DNA of 64,000 nt from a bacterium (GTDB lineage: Bacteria > UBA8248), in assembly GCA_965221165.1 (NCBI GenBank), contig CBDCRP010000003.1, positions 1,184,001 to 1,248,000 on the forward strand, in the 5' to 3' direction. A model generated the notes under the pieces. The model did not search any database, was not told the origin of the DNA, and saw only the letters and a program-made list of their open reading frames with translations. A program made the translations under genes and the position numbers. Shown here in pieces: positions 37,057-46,805 of this stretch (its first letter is position 1; each line of letters starts with the position of its first letter).

Positions 37057-38520
37057 TCACGGCGTCCTTCGCTTCCAGAGGGTGCCGTCGGGGCCGTCTT
37101 CCAGGACGATGCCGGCCGACGCGAGTTCTTCCCTGATCCGGTCGGCTTCGGGGAAATCCCTGCTCGCACGCGCCTGCGCGCGCCTGTCCAGCAACTCTTC
37201 TATCTCCTCGTCGCCCAAGGCCCCGTTTTGGCCCTCCTCACCCTCAGAGAGCGAGGCGCTCGCGGCGCTTCGGAACCACTCCTCGGGCGGGTGGGCGAAC
37301 AGGCCCAGAACCGCGCCCACCTCCTCGAAAACCTCGCGCGCAAGCCCGGCCGCCGATTCGGGCAACGCGCCCGCCTCGTTGATGAAGCCGTTTATGCGGC
37401 GCGAGAAATCGAACAAATACCCCAGGGCGCGCGCGGTGTTGAAGTCATCGTCCATGGCCTCGGTGAACTGGGCGCGGAAGGCGGCGACCGCCTCCTCCAC
37501 CCGCTCGCGCCAGCCGCCGGAATCCTCCCCGCCGCTCCGGGCGAGCCTGAGCCGCACGTTGTAGAGCCTGTCCAGCCCTTTTCTCGCCTCGCCCACCACC
37601 TGATCCGAATAATCCACCGGATGCCTGTAGTGCGTACCCAGCAGAAAATACCGGATCACCTCGGCGGGATGGTCCTCGAGAATCGCCTTGATGGTGAAGA
37701 AGTTCCCCTTTGATTTGCTCATCTTCTCGTGGTTGATCTGCACGAAGCCGTTGTGCACCCAATAGCGCACCCAGTCGTGGCCGAAGCAGCCCTCGCTCTG
37801 CGCTATCTCGTTCTCATGGTGGGGAAACACCAGATCCTCGCCCCCGCCGTGGATGTCGAACCTCTCGCCCAGGTAGCGGCTCGACATGACGGAGCACTCG
37901 ATGTGCCAGCCCGGCCGGCCCATGCCCCAGGGACTCTCCCACTCCGGCTCGCCGGGCTTCGCCGCCTTCCAGAGGGCAAAATCGAGCGGGTTGCGCTTGC
38001 CCTCGCCGGGTTCTATGCGGTGGCCCGCCTCGAGTTCTTCCGTATTGCGGCCCGAGAGCTTTCCGTAGTCCGGGAATTTACCGATGTCGTAATAGACGTT
38101 CCCCGCCATCTCGTAGGCGATTCCCTTGCCGATGAGTTTTTCGATCATGTCGACCATGCCCTCGATGTTCTCCGTGGCGCGGGGGGCGGCGTCCGCGCGC
38201 CGGACGCCGAGCGCGTCCATGTCGACGTAGTATTCGTCAATAAATTTTTCGGTCAGCTCGCCGATGGGAACCTTGAGGCGCCTGGCGCGGGCGATTATCT
38301 TGTCGTCCACGTCCGTGAAGTTGCATACGAAGCGAACATCGTAGCCCCGGTATTCGAAATAGCGGTGAATCACGTCGAAGACGATGGCGGCGCGCGCATG
38401 CCCGAGATGACAGTGGTCATACACCGTCACCCCGCACACGTACATCTTCACGCGCCCCGCCTCCAGGGGTTCGAAGGGCTCTTTCGTTCTCGTCAACGTG
38501 TTGTATAGCTGAAGGCCCAA
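37057..38520 (-). CDS. cysS: Cysteine--tRNA ligase
   Basis: [26 protein letters not shown]. Confidence 0.99.
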   Translation of the reverse strand: MGLQLYNTLTRTKEPFEPLEAGRVKMYVCGVTVYDHCHLGHARAAIVFDVIHRYFEYRGYDVRFVCNFTDVDDKIIARARRLKVPIGELTEKFIDEYYVDMDALGVRRADAAPRATENIEGMVDMIEKLIGKGIAYEMAGNVYYDIGKFPDYGKLSGRNTEELEAGHRIEPGEGKRNPLDFALWKAAKPGEPEWESPWGMGRPGWHIECSVMSSRYLGERFDIHGGGEDLVFPHHENEIAQSEGCFGHDWVRYWVHNGFVQINHEKMSKSKGNFFTIKAILEDHPAEVIRYFLLGTHYRHPVDYSDQVVGEARKGLDRLYNVRLRLARSGGEDSGGWRERVEEAVAAFRAQFTEAMDDDFNTARALGYLFDFSRRINGFINEAGALPESAAGLAREVFEEVGAVLGLFAHPPEEWFRSAASASLSEGEEGQNGALGDEEIEELLDRRAQARASRDFPEADRIREELASAGIVLEDGPDGTLWKRRTP

Positions 38521-38613
38521 CTGGTTCTCTCCAAAATGCGCGCGGATGAGGGGAAGAAAAATACGTTTCAGGCTTTATCCGGGCAGAAATTTGTCATGCC
38601 CCGCCGATGGGCG

Positions 38614-39096
38614 TCAAGGAGAATCCACGCTTATCGTGCAAACCGCATGCGCCGCGACTCCCTCCTCGCGCCCCACGAAGCCCATTCTCTCGCTCGTCGT
38701 CGCCTTGATCCCCACCAGATCGGAGGGGATCCCCAAGACAGAGGAGATGACCTCTCGCATCTCGGGAATATAGGGGGCGAGTTTCGGTCTTTGCGCCACG
38801 ACCACGGAGTCCACGTTGTGCGGTTTCATGCCTTTTTCTCTCAAAAGCGCCACCACGTCCGCCAGGAGCTTTCGGCTGTCCGCGTCCCGGTAGGCCTCAT
38901 CCGTGTCGGGAAAATGCGCGCCGATGTCGCCCAGGGCCGCAGCGCCCAGCAGCGCGTCGATAATCGCGTGGGTGAGCGCATCGGCGTCTGAATGCCCGCT
39001 GAGCCCCCGCTCGTGGGGAATCTCCACGCCGCCGAGTATCAGCTTGCGATCCGCCTCGAACCGATGAACGTCATATCCTATGCCGACGCGAATCAA
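38614..39096 (-). CDS. ispF: MECDP synthase
   Basis: GYDVHRF, GHSDAD, GDIGAHFPDTD. Confidence 0.98.
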   Translation of the reverse strand: MIRVGIGYDVHRFEADRKLILGGVEIPHERGLSGHSDADALTHAIIDALLGAAALGDIGAHFPDTDEAYRDADSRKLLADVVALLREKGMKPHNVDSVVVAQRPKLAPYIPEMREVISSVLGIPSDLVGIKATTSERMGFVGREEGVAAHAVCTISVDSP

Positions 39097-39857
39097 GCCG
39101 ATATCTCCCCTTCGCCATGTTTTTCAAAATCCATCAGCCGCGCCGCCCGCTGCATGTCTCCGGGCGCCGTCACCTTGATATTTTGAGAGCTTCCCTCGAC
39201 GAGCTTCACCCGAACGCCGATAGCCTCCAGCAGGGCCGCCTCGTCGGTCCCCTCGAAATCGTTGGCCTCGGCCCACTCCATCGCGCGCGCGAGCAGTTCC
39301 CGGCGCGCCACCTGGGGCGTCTGGGCGAGCCAGAGGCCCTCGCGCGAGCGCGTCGTCTCGACGTAGCCCTCGGGGTCGCCCACCTTCACCGTATCCACCA
39401 CGCGCAGGGCCGCGATGCTCGCCCCCGTCTCGGCCGCGCCGAGCAGGCACCTCTGCAGGAGTTCGGGCGTCACGAGGGGCCGCGCCCCGTCGTGCACGAC
39501 CACCCATGAGACGTCGTCCCCGGCGGCGGTCAAGCCGTTTCGCACCGAATCCTGCCGGCGCGCACCACCCTCGACGACCCGGAGGTCGACGTCCATACCG
39601 CCGGGAAGCTCGGGCGGGTCCGAGGCGGAGGGAACCACTACGACGATCCGGCCTATGAGGCCTGTGCGCGCGAGGCGCAAAAGACAGTGATGGAAAAGAG
39701 GTCTTCCCGCGAGGCTTCGGAACTGTTTCGCCACCGCCCCGGGCAGACGCAAACCCCTGCCTGCGGCGGGAACGATGGCCGCCGTCTCATCCGGCTTCGG
39801 CAATTCGGGAGAAGAACGCGCGCTCTCAGGCGCCGGTTTGCGATAGTTCGGCTTCAT
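39093..39857 (-). CDS. ispD: MEP cytidylyltransferase
   Basis: PAAGRGLR..KQF, GGARRQDSV, VHDGARP, AQTPQ. Confidence 0.96.
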   Translation of the reverse strand: MKPNYRKPAPESARSSPELPKPDETAAIVPAAGRGLRLPGAVAKQFRSLAGRPLFHHCLLRLARTGLIGRIVVVVPSASDPPELPGGMDVDLRVVEGGARRQDSVRNGLTAAGDDVSWVVVHDGARPLVTPELLQRCLLGAAETGASIAALRVVDTVKVGDPEGYVETTRSREGLWLAQTPQVARRELLARAMEWAEANDFEGTDEAALLEAIGVRVKLVEGSSQNIKVTAPGDMQRAARLMDFEKHGEGEISA

Positions 39858-40908
39858 CTCTTATTTTCGTAAAAATCATCCGCCCGGCGGTGGTCTGCAG
39901 GACGCTCGTCACGGAGACGGGGATTTTCTCGCCAATCCGGTGCTTCGCATGGTCCACCACCACCATGGTCCCATCGTCCAGATAGCCGACGCCCTGATTA
40001 TGTTCCTTGCCCTCCTTGATGACGAACACGCTCATCTCCTCGCCGGGCAGAACGACCGGCTTCACCGCGTTCGCCAGTTCGTTGATGTTGAGAACCCGCA
40101 CTCCCTGAAGCTCCGCCACCTTGTTGAGGTTGAAATCGTTGGTCATCACCATGCCGCATATCTCCTTGCCCAGGAGCACGAGCTTGGTGTCCACCTCCTT
40201 CACGCGGGGAAAATCCGTCTCCAGAATATGGATGTCGAGATCCTGGTTCTGCTGAATCCGCTGGAGGATGTCGAGGCCGCGCCGTCCCCGGTTTCGTTTC
40301 AGGGAATCGGAGGAATCCGCAATCTGCTGTAATTCCTTGAGCACGAACTGGGGCAACACCAGGGGACCCTCGACGAAGCCCGCCTCGCAAATGTCCGCGA
40401 TGCGCCCGTCTATGATGACGCTGGTATCGAGAATCTTGGCGTGGTGGTGCTTCTTGCCGCTCGCATCTTTTTCTTTTTCTTGTACGGAGTGAGACGGATA
40501 GCGGCGTCCCGCCACCGAGCCGAGAAAAACGCCCAGACAACTGAAAAGCAAACCGATGAAGGCGCCTGCCTGGGGGCGGACGTTTTGCGGAAACGCCTCA
40601 CCTATAAGAGCGCAGAGCAACAAGGCGGCCAGCAAGCCCAGGAGCAGGCCCACAGCCCCGCCGGCCAGGGAGCCGATTTTGAGCTTGGCGAGTTCCCTCG
40701 CGAGCGCCAGCAGAAGGAGGCCCGCCGCAGCGCCTCCGCCCAGGCCCGCCATGCGGTTCGGCGCAAGCAAGGCTTCGGCGAGCGCCCCGCCCAGTACGCC
40801 GCAAAGGACGATGAACGCAGCGCCCAGAATCAGGCCCAGGCCGCTCAACCCTCTCTTTTTCTCCAGGGGTATCTTCTCCAGCTGTATCTTTGGGATGGAT
40901 TCATTCAT
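39826..40908 (-). CDS. Membrane PIN/TRAM domain protein (YacL-like)
   Basis: N-terminal TM helices, KILDTSVIIDGRI, TNDFNLNKVA, GYLDDGTMVVV; usual neighbour of ispD. Confidence 0.93.
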   Translation of the reverse strand: MNESIPKIQLEKIPLEKKRGLSGLGLILGAAFIVLCGVLGGALAEALLAPNRMAGLGGGAAAGLLLLALARELAKLKIGSLAGGAVGLLLGLLAALLLCALIGEAFPQNVRPQAGAFIGLLFSCLGVFLGSVAGRRYPSHSVQEKEKDASGKKHHHAKILDTSVIIDGRIADICEAGFVEGPLVLPQFVLKELQQIADSSDSLKRNRGRRGLDILQRIQQNQDLDIHILETDFPRVKEVDTKLVLLGKEICGMVMTNDFNLNKVAELQGVRVLNINELANAVKPVVLPGEEMSVFVIKEGKEHNQGVGYLDDGTMVVVDHAKHRIGEKIPVSVTSVLQTTAGRMIFTKIRDEAELSQTGA

Positions 40909-41119
40909 ATATGTGTCCCCCGCGATGTTCTATAAACAATAAAAATAACAATACTCTCTTAAAATCACGTTGTTACGTTATGGTTTCAGGCGGAACCGAA
41001 AAACGCCTTTAACGACGAAACATCCGGCGTCGGGCATTTCATATACGGCATCGGGCGAAATGCAAAAGCGGGCGGGCGTGTCAGGGGCGTCGACCCCAGA
41101 ATAAAGACATGAAGAATGA

Positions 41120-41605
41120 TTACTCTTCATCCAGAATGAAATCCCCGCTTTTTCCTCCCGTTTTCCTCACGAGCCGGACTTCAGAGAGCACCATGCCCTT
41201 GTCCACCGCCTTGCACATGTCGTAAACGGTCAAACCGGCCACGCTCACGGCGGTCAGGGCTTCCATTTCCACGCCCGTTCTGTCCCGCGCGCGCACGGCG
41301 GCCTCGATGCGGAGCAGGCCGAGCGGCTCATCGGCCGAGAAGTCGACCTCCACGCTCGATATGCGCAGGGGATGACACATCGGGATGAGGCTTGCGCACT
41401 GCTTCGCCGCCATGACGCCGGCGATGCGCGCCGTGCCCAGCACGTCGCCCTTGGGCAGGCCCCCTGCGAGGATGAGGTTCAGGGTTTCGGGCGCCATCTC
41501 CAGACGGCCGCGCGCCACGGCCTGCCGGTGGGTGACTTCCTTCCCGCCCACATCCACCATGCGGGCGCGGCCCTGCTCGTCGATGTGAGAGAGTTCCTGG
41601 GGCAC
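41120..41605 (-). CDS. moaC: Cyclic pyranopterin monophosphate synthase
   Basis: ARMVDVG, LIPMCHPL, TGVEMEALTAV. Confidence 0.98.
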   Translation of the reverse strand: MPQELSHIDEQGRARMVDVGGKEVTHRQAVARGRLEMAPETLNLILAGGLPKGDVLGTARIAGVMAAKQCASLIPMCHPLRISSVEVDFSADEPLGLLRIEAAVRARDRTGVEMEALTAVSVAGLTVYDMCKAVDKGMVLSEVRLVRKTGGKSGDFILDEE

Positions 41606-41780
41606 CGATAACGCCCTCCCGACTGACCTGGCGAAACGGGCAGTTCCACCTTTTGGGACAAATTACATGGGATCATCATACAACAGGAGCGTGAAACATC
41701 AAGCGAAAAAGAAACAAGGGGTTTTGGCGGGGCGGGAAGTGTGGAGAAAAAAGAAAACGGGGGAATCACTCCCTCTCGCT

Positions 41781-42083
41781 TGTAGGGGAGTAATCTTGAA
41801 CGCCTCGTTTTTCTGTAGTGGCAGCCCCTCCTCGGGACTGCCACACAGACCTGCGTGTCCGCCCTCCTGATGCGAGAATTCCCTGTAGGACGACCGTAGG
41901 GGCCGCCCCTCCTCGGGACTGCCCCACCATTCACGAACCGCCCCTACAACCAAAACCAAACGCGGGCGGACACACAGGTCCGCCCCTACACCTTCATTCC
42001 GATTATATGGGCCCCGTAGGGACAGGCGCCTGGCCGGTTCGCGTCCGCCCGAGGGGGGACAACCACGGGGGGTTATCCCTACA
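41781..42083. repeat. Cluster of GTAG-family REP-like palindromes
   Basis: Several GTAG(G/T)GG-headed imperfect palindromes in both orientations, e.g. GGGCGGACACACAGGTCCGCCCCTAC; CCCCTCCTCGGGACTGCC occurs twice. Confidence 0.8.
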
Positions 42084-42633
42084 GCTTGGCGAGCGTCAGC
42101 CCCTGTTGTTTCTGGTACTTGCCCTTCTTGTCGGCGTAGGAGATCTCGCACTCCTCGTCGCTCTCGAAGAAGAGCACCTGGGCGATGCCCTCGTTCGCGT
42201 ATATCTTGGCGGGCAGGGGCGTGGTGTTCGACACCTCGAGGGTGACGAAGCCCTCCCACTCGGGTTCGAAGGGCGTGACGTTGACGATGATGCCGCAGCG
42301 CGCGTAGGTGCTCTTGCCGACGCAGACGGTGAGCACGCTTCTGGGAATGCGGAAATACTCCACCGTCTTGGCGAGGGCGAAGGAATTGGGCGGGATGATG
42401 CAGGTGTCGTCCTTGACGTGGACGAGCGAGCGCTCGTCGAAATTTTTGGGATCCACGATGGTCGAGTTCACGTTCGTGAAGATCATGAACTCATCGGCGA
42501 TGCGGATGTCGTATCCATAGGAGGAGACGCCGTAGGATATGGCGCCCTCGCGCACTTGTTTGTCCTCGAAGGGCTCGATCATGCCGTGCTCGCGCGACAT
42601 CTTCGATATCCACTTGTCCGATTTAATCGACAT
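42079..42633 (-). CDS. dcd: dCTP deaminase
   Basis: [36 protein letters not shown]. Confidence 0.98.
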   Translation of the reverse strand: MSIKSDKWISKMSREHGMIEPFEDKQVREGAISYGVSSYGYDIRIADEFMIFTNVNSTIVDPKNFDERSLVHVKDDTCIIPPNSFALAKTVEYFRIPRSVLTVCVGKSTYARCGIIVNVTPFEPEWEGFVTLEVSNTTPLPAKIYANEGIAQVLFFESDEECEISYADKKGKYQKQQGLTLAKL

Positions 42634-42805
42634 CGCGTGCACCTCTCCTCGTCGAGCGCATCAGCCCCCCCGGCGCGCTCATCGGCGACGAGGGGCCGCC
42701 CAACGGCCTGAGAACCCCTTGCCCAAGCGCCATCATCCGGAATTCAAAGCCCGTTCAAAACGCAAACTTCCCGAGCGATACATTTCGATGAATCCACGAC
42801 GTTTG

Positions 42806-42962
42806 AGGGGGTGAAAGTCCCTGAAATGATATCTGGGGGCGAGAGAAGTCCGACTCCCCCCACCCCCAGATGATCGCCCCTGTCCGCCCGAAACGGAGGC
42901 GATTTCGCTCACCTGTTCTCCCGTTCGGCTTTGCATGCCCGATACAGGAGGCTTTCACTCTG
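42806..42962 (-). ncRNA. Candidate structured RNA in the dcd leader
   Basis: Closing stem GTGAAAGCC-T-CCTG/CAGG-GACTTTCAC enclosing three hairpins, one with about 19 contiguous pairs including several G-U on the minus strand. Confidence 0.5.
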
Positions 42963-43000
42963 GTTCGCTCGACGTTTCATGTCCTAGAAGAAACATATAA

Positions 43001-43056
43001 ACACAAGATGTAGTGCCAAGTCAACGCTTTTTTATAAAACAACACAATTTGTTGTG
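43001..43056. promoter_or_regulatory. Tandem NrdR boxes overlapping a minus-strand promoter
   Basis: ACACAAGATGTAGTG (43001-43015) and ACACAATTTGTTGTG (43042-43056) fit acaCwAtATaTwGtg and are 41 bp apart; minus-strand TTGACT at 43019-43024. Confidence 0.75.
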
Positions 43057-43141
43057 GATAGCCCGTGCGCGCACTGGGGATATTCAGGGGAAAAGCTGTG
43101 GAAAAAACGCGGATGGCGCGCAACCTCCATCGCGCGCCGGC

Positions 43142-43990
43142 TTATTTGAAGCGATCGACGTGAATCTTGATTTTCGCTCCTTCGCGCAAGCTCTTGAGCA
43201 GCGCCTCATACCTCTCCCGTCGCTTGAGCTCTGAATAGACGAGCTTTACGTCGTCTTTGACGTCCTCATACTTCGCGTCCGCCGCACCCACGCGCTCGGT
43301 GACCCGAATCACCTGCCAGCCGACGGACGTTCGAATCGGCTCGCTCGGCTGGCCGATGGGCAGTTTGAACGCCACGTCTTCCAGCGCTTTATCCAACGCC
43401 CCTCTATCGGCCGTGCCCATCATTCCGCCCGAGTCGCGCGTGGACTCGAAGATGGAGCGCTGCCTCGCCACCCGTGCGAAAGGAACCCCTTTTCGCAATT
43501 CGGCTACGGCGTCCCACGCTTCTTGTTCGGTTTTGAGCACGATGTGGGCGAGGGTCACCGTTTCCTTGCGGCGAAACCGCTCCTTGTTGGCGAGAAAGAA
43601 ATCCCGCAACTGTTGCCCGGATGCTCCGGTCGCCTCCAGGTCTTGCTTCAGGAATTCCTCGATGACGAGCCTTCGCTTCAAGCGCTCGACCCTGTTTTGA
43701 ATCTGGGGCGATGCATCTATTTTTCGCCGGAGCGCCTCCTGATACAAGAGTTCCCCCTGCACCAAGCCTTCGAGAAACTGCTTCTTGTTCCCGCGAATAC
43801 GGATGCGGACGGCGGGGGCCAGCGCTCTTAGCCTCTGCTCTATTTCTCCCAAAGTGATCTTCTTGTCATTCACCTCGATGACGGCCTGATCCATATTCTT
43901 CACGGACGCACCGCCTTTCTTGCTCGCCCCTTCGGCAGCAAGGCCTCCGAAGAACACAACCGTCAGGATCAGCGCAGATATTTTTTTCAT
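43142..43990 (-). CDS. Exported PpiC/parvulin-type peptidyl-prolyl isomerase
   Basis: Signal peptide MKKISALIL; HIVLKTE..A, FARVARQRS, PIRTSVGWQVIRV. Confidence 0.88.
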   Translation of the reverse strand: MKKISALILTVVFFGGLAAEGASKKGGASVKNMDQAVIEVNDKKITLGEIEQRLRALAPAVRIRIRGNKKQFLEGLVQGELLYQEALRRKIDASPQIQNRVERLKRRLVIEEFLKQDLEATGASGQQLRDFFLANKERFRRKETVTLAHIVLKTEQEAWDAVAELRKGVPFARVARQRSIFESTRDSGGMMGTADRGALDKALEDVAFKLPIGQPSEPIRTSVGWQVIRVTERVGAADAKYEDVKDDVKLVYSELKRRERYEALLKSLREGAKIKIHVDRFK

Positions 43991-44102
43991 GTCGACCTCA
44001 TTCCCTTTCTCTCTCGGCCTCGAAAAAACAATCCCAAAAACCAACGCCTAATATACCGCTAAATGGCGCCGAGCGAAAATTGTTTTCTTCGGGCGGGAGC
44101 CC

Positions 44103-45065
44103 TCAAACGAAATATATGAACATCAGCGCCAAATAGCACACATATCCCGAAAGGAGCGCGAACCCCGCGCTGCGCCCCATATCACGCTTCCATGAGGCGA
44201 GCAACAGGAACGCGACCATCATCAAGAGCATGAAGGGAAAATCCAGGACGAATGTTTGCCGCTCGATACCCAGGGGAGCGATGAGGGACGCCCCGCCGAG
44301 AACCCACGCGATGTTCAGAACGTTCGCCCCCATCACGTTGCCGACGGCCATATCCCCATGTCCCTGCAAGGATGCGGAAACCGCCGTGATCAATTCAGGC
44401 AGGGACGTGCCGATGGCCACGAGCGTAAGGGCGATGACCAGTTCGGGAACCCCGATGGCGCGGGCCAGATGCACCGCGTTCTGCACGAGCAGAACGCTCC
44501 CGAAAACGACCGCGAACGAACCGGCGATGAACCGCAGCCCGACATGGTGTATTTCCCGGTCGGTCATCGCGCTCCCGAAATCGAAATCCGTCCACGTTCC
44601 CCGCTTCATGCCGAACCACAGAAAAACAGGAACCAAACCGAACAAAACCAGCCCTTCCGCACTGGTGAGTTCTCCGTTCCACCCCAGAACAACAACCAAG
44701 GCGCCCAGCCCCAGCATGAAGAGGCCTTTGCGGAGAATATCTTCTCTGGACAGAGAAACAGGGTCGAGCAAAAACGCCACCGCCAAGATGAGTCCGATGT
44801 TGCAGATGGTGGAGCCGACCGCGTTGCCCACGGACGTGGCCGGGTGGTCCAGCCAGGCGGCAATGACGGAGACGCTGAACTCGGGAGCCGTCGTCGCCAG
44901 ACTCACCAGGGTGGCGCCGACGACCACTTTGGGAATTCCCGTTACCTCGGCGATGCCCACCGCGCCGTCGGTGAACCAGTCCGCACCTTTCGTGATGATG
45001 ACGATGCCCAGAGAGAACGAGAGGAAATTCACCCAGATGGGAAAACTCGCGAAATATGCTTCCAT
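44103..45065 (-). CDS. Calcium/sodium antiporter (YrbG family)
   Basis: Alpha repeats ATTAPEF..GNAVGS and GTSLPEL..GNVMGAN. Confidence 0.92.
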   Translation of the reverse strand: MEAYFASFPIWVNFLSFSLGIVIITKGADWFTDGAVGIAEVTGIPKVVVGATLVSLATTAPEFSVSVIAAWLDHPATSVGNAVGSTICNIGLILAVAFLLDPVSLSREDILRKGLFMLGLGALVVVLGWNGELTSAEGLVLFGLVPVFLWFGMKRGTWTDFDFGSAMTDREIHHVGLRFIAGSFAVVFGSVLLVQNAVHLARAIGVPELVIALTLVAIGTSLPELITAVSASLQGHGDMAVGNVMGANVLNIAWVLGGASLIAPLGIERQTFVLDFPFMLLMMVAFLLLASWKRDMGRSAGFALLSGYVCYLALMFIYFV

Positions 45066-45126
45066 GCTCGAGGAGCGTCCTTTATATGGCGCTATATGGT
45101 GCCGACTTCACATGGCCGGCGATAGA

Positions 45127-45918
45127 TCATTTCCCCTGGAACCGGGGGTTGCGCTTTTCCAGAAAAGCGGAAATTCCTTCCTGAAAATCCGAGCTGGCGA
45201 TCGTCTCGGCCTGCGCTCCCGCCTCCGCGCGAAGCGCCGTCGCCACGTCCAGGCCGCCTGACCCGCGAATCAGCTTCTTCGCCGCGCGAAGCGCAATCGA
45301 CGGTCCATCGGCGAGTCTTCGCCCGAAGGCCATCGCCTCTTCCATGAGCGCGTCATCGGGATGAACGGAGCGAACGAGACCGATGGAGAGAGCCGCGTCC
45401 GCATCGATGATATCGCCCGTCAGTATCATCTCCAGGGCTTTCGCGCTGCCTACGACGCGGGGCAGGAAGAACGTGCCTCCGCAATCGGGGACCAACCCCA
45501 CCTTGGAATACACCTGCCCGAACGATGCGCCTGCGCCCGCCAGGCGGATGTCGCATGCCAAAGCGATATCACACCCCGCGCCCACGGCGAAACCATGGAC
45601 GGCCGCTATCGTCGGGCAACGGACCTCATGGAGTTTCGCCAGGGATTTCTGATAGTCCGGCCAAAGGAATTCCTCCATTCTCTCGCCCGCCCTGATGCGC
45701 GCCTCGATTTCCTTCAAGTCCCCGCCCGCGGAGAAAGCGCGTCCCGCCCCGCTTAAGACCATCGCGCGGACGTCGGGTTCATTGCACCTCTCGCACACCT
45801 CAAATAAGTCTGTCGCCATTTGCCGGCTCAGGGCGTTGAGCGCTTCGGGACGATTGAGCTGGACGAGGGCCAGGCCGTCATCTTCCTCGAAATCGATGGT
45901 CTCCCACGTCATGATCAT
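45127..45918 (-). CDS. Enoyl-CoA hydratase/isomerase family protein
   Basis: AFSAGGDL, AVGAGCDIALACD, GLVPDCGG. Confidence 0.93.
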   Translation of the reverse strand: MIMTWETIDFEEDDGLALVQLNRPEALNALSRQMATDLFEVCERCNEPDVRAMVLSGAGRAFSAGGDLKEIEARIRAGERMEEFLWPDYQKSLAKLHEVRCPTIAAVHGFAVGAGCDIALACDIRLAGAGASFGQVYSKVGLVPDCGGTFFLPRVVGSAKALEMILTGDIIDADAALSIGLVRSVHPDDALMEEAMAFGRRLADGPSIALRAAKKLIRGSGGLDVATALRAEAGAQAETIASSDFQEGISAFLEKRNPRFQGK

Positions 45919-46100
45919 ATTCTCCCGTATTCATCATTGCCGATTGATGTGGAAAAAGATTTTAATTTTCCTTACAATATGGCATATCTTCCGAAGTTGG
46001 AAGGAAGAGGGTTGCTCCGATCCGGGGAATACGCCGGATATCGCCGCGTTTTGTGCGGCCATCGCCCACCTGATTCCCTGGTAGTAGCGAGCACGGGAAC

Positions 46101-46742
46101 TTGATTGAGGGATGCAAAGTGGAATCGCCGGACGCCGTCATCAAGATATACGATCGCTGGGGGAAATTCTACGATTTCGTCTTCAAGCACATATTTCATG
46201 AAGGCAGAAACGTCGGAGTCGACCTGCTCGACCTGAAGCCGGGCGAGAAACTGCTCGAAGTAGGCGTGGGCACCGGGCTTTCCCTGCCGCTCTACCCGCC
46301 TACTTCCGAGATTATCGCCATCGACATTTCTTCGAAAATGCTGGAGAAGGCAAAAGAGAAAATCGAGAAGATGGACCTCGGAAACGTCGAACTCGCCGTG
46401 ATGGACGCGCAGAACATGGCGTATGAGGACAACACCTTCGACTGCGTCACCGCCTGCTACGTGGTGAGCGCAGCCCCCGACCCGCACAAGGTCGTCGCGG
46501 AAATTTCTCGCGTGTGCAAGCCGGGCGGGCGCATCGTCTTCATCAATCATTTCAAGAGCCAGAAATTCTATCTGGCCAAGTTCGAAGAGCTCATCAACGG
46601 CGTCTGCAAGAAATTCGGATGGGAGACCACCCTGGACTTAAAATTGCTGCTCGAAGCGAACAACCTGATCCTCGAACGCCAGGAGCGCGTGAACATCTTT
46701 GACTACTGGCGCGCGGTACTTTGCAGAAATCCCGATAAATAA
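46101..46742 (+). CDS. Class I SAM methyltransferase, PmtA-like phospholipid N-methyltransferase
   Basis: YDFVF, LEVGVGTGLSLPLY, VCKPGGRIVFINHF; start may be GTG 46119. Confidence 0.8.
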   Translation: MIEGCKVESPDAVIKIYDRWGKFYDFVFKHIFHEGRNVGVDLLDLKPGEKLLEVGVGTGLSLPLYPPTSEIIAIDISSKMLEKAKEKIEKMDLGNVELAVMDAQNMAYEDNTFDCVTACYVVSAAPDPHKVVAEISRVCKPGGRIVFINHFKSQKFYLAKFEELINGVCKKFGWETTLDLKLLLEANNLILERQERVNIFDYWRAVLCRNPDK

Positions 46743-46805
46743 CGTCATTGGCCGCGTCCCGACCATCCCGATACGCGGCGCATCCGCCACCGCGCCTCTC
46801 CTGAG

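Noticed and set aside
42806-42825. GGGTGAAAGTCCC resembling group II intron domain I, FMN riboswitch or RNase P motifs
   Set aside because: No intron 5' GUGYG context, domain V or RT ORF; other FMN and rnpB conserved blocks absent; G-U pattern favours the opposite strand
42733-42936. 67-aa ORF in the dcd leader ending GSLRFERALNSG, faintly like an NrdJ N-terminus
   Set aside because: Similarity covers only a few residues and the ORF overlaps the RNA structure; cannot be supported as a gene or an nrdJ remnant
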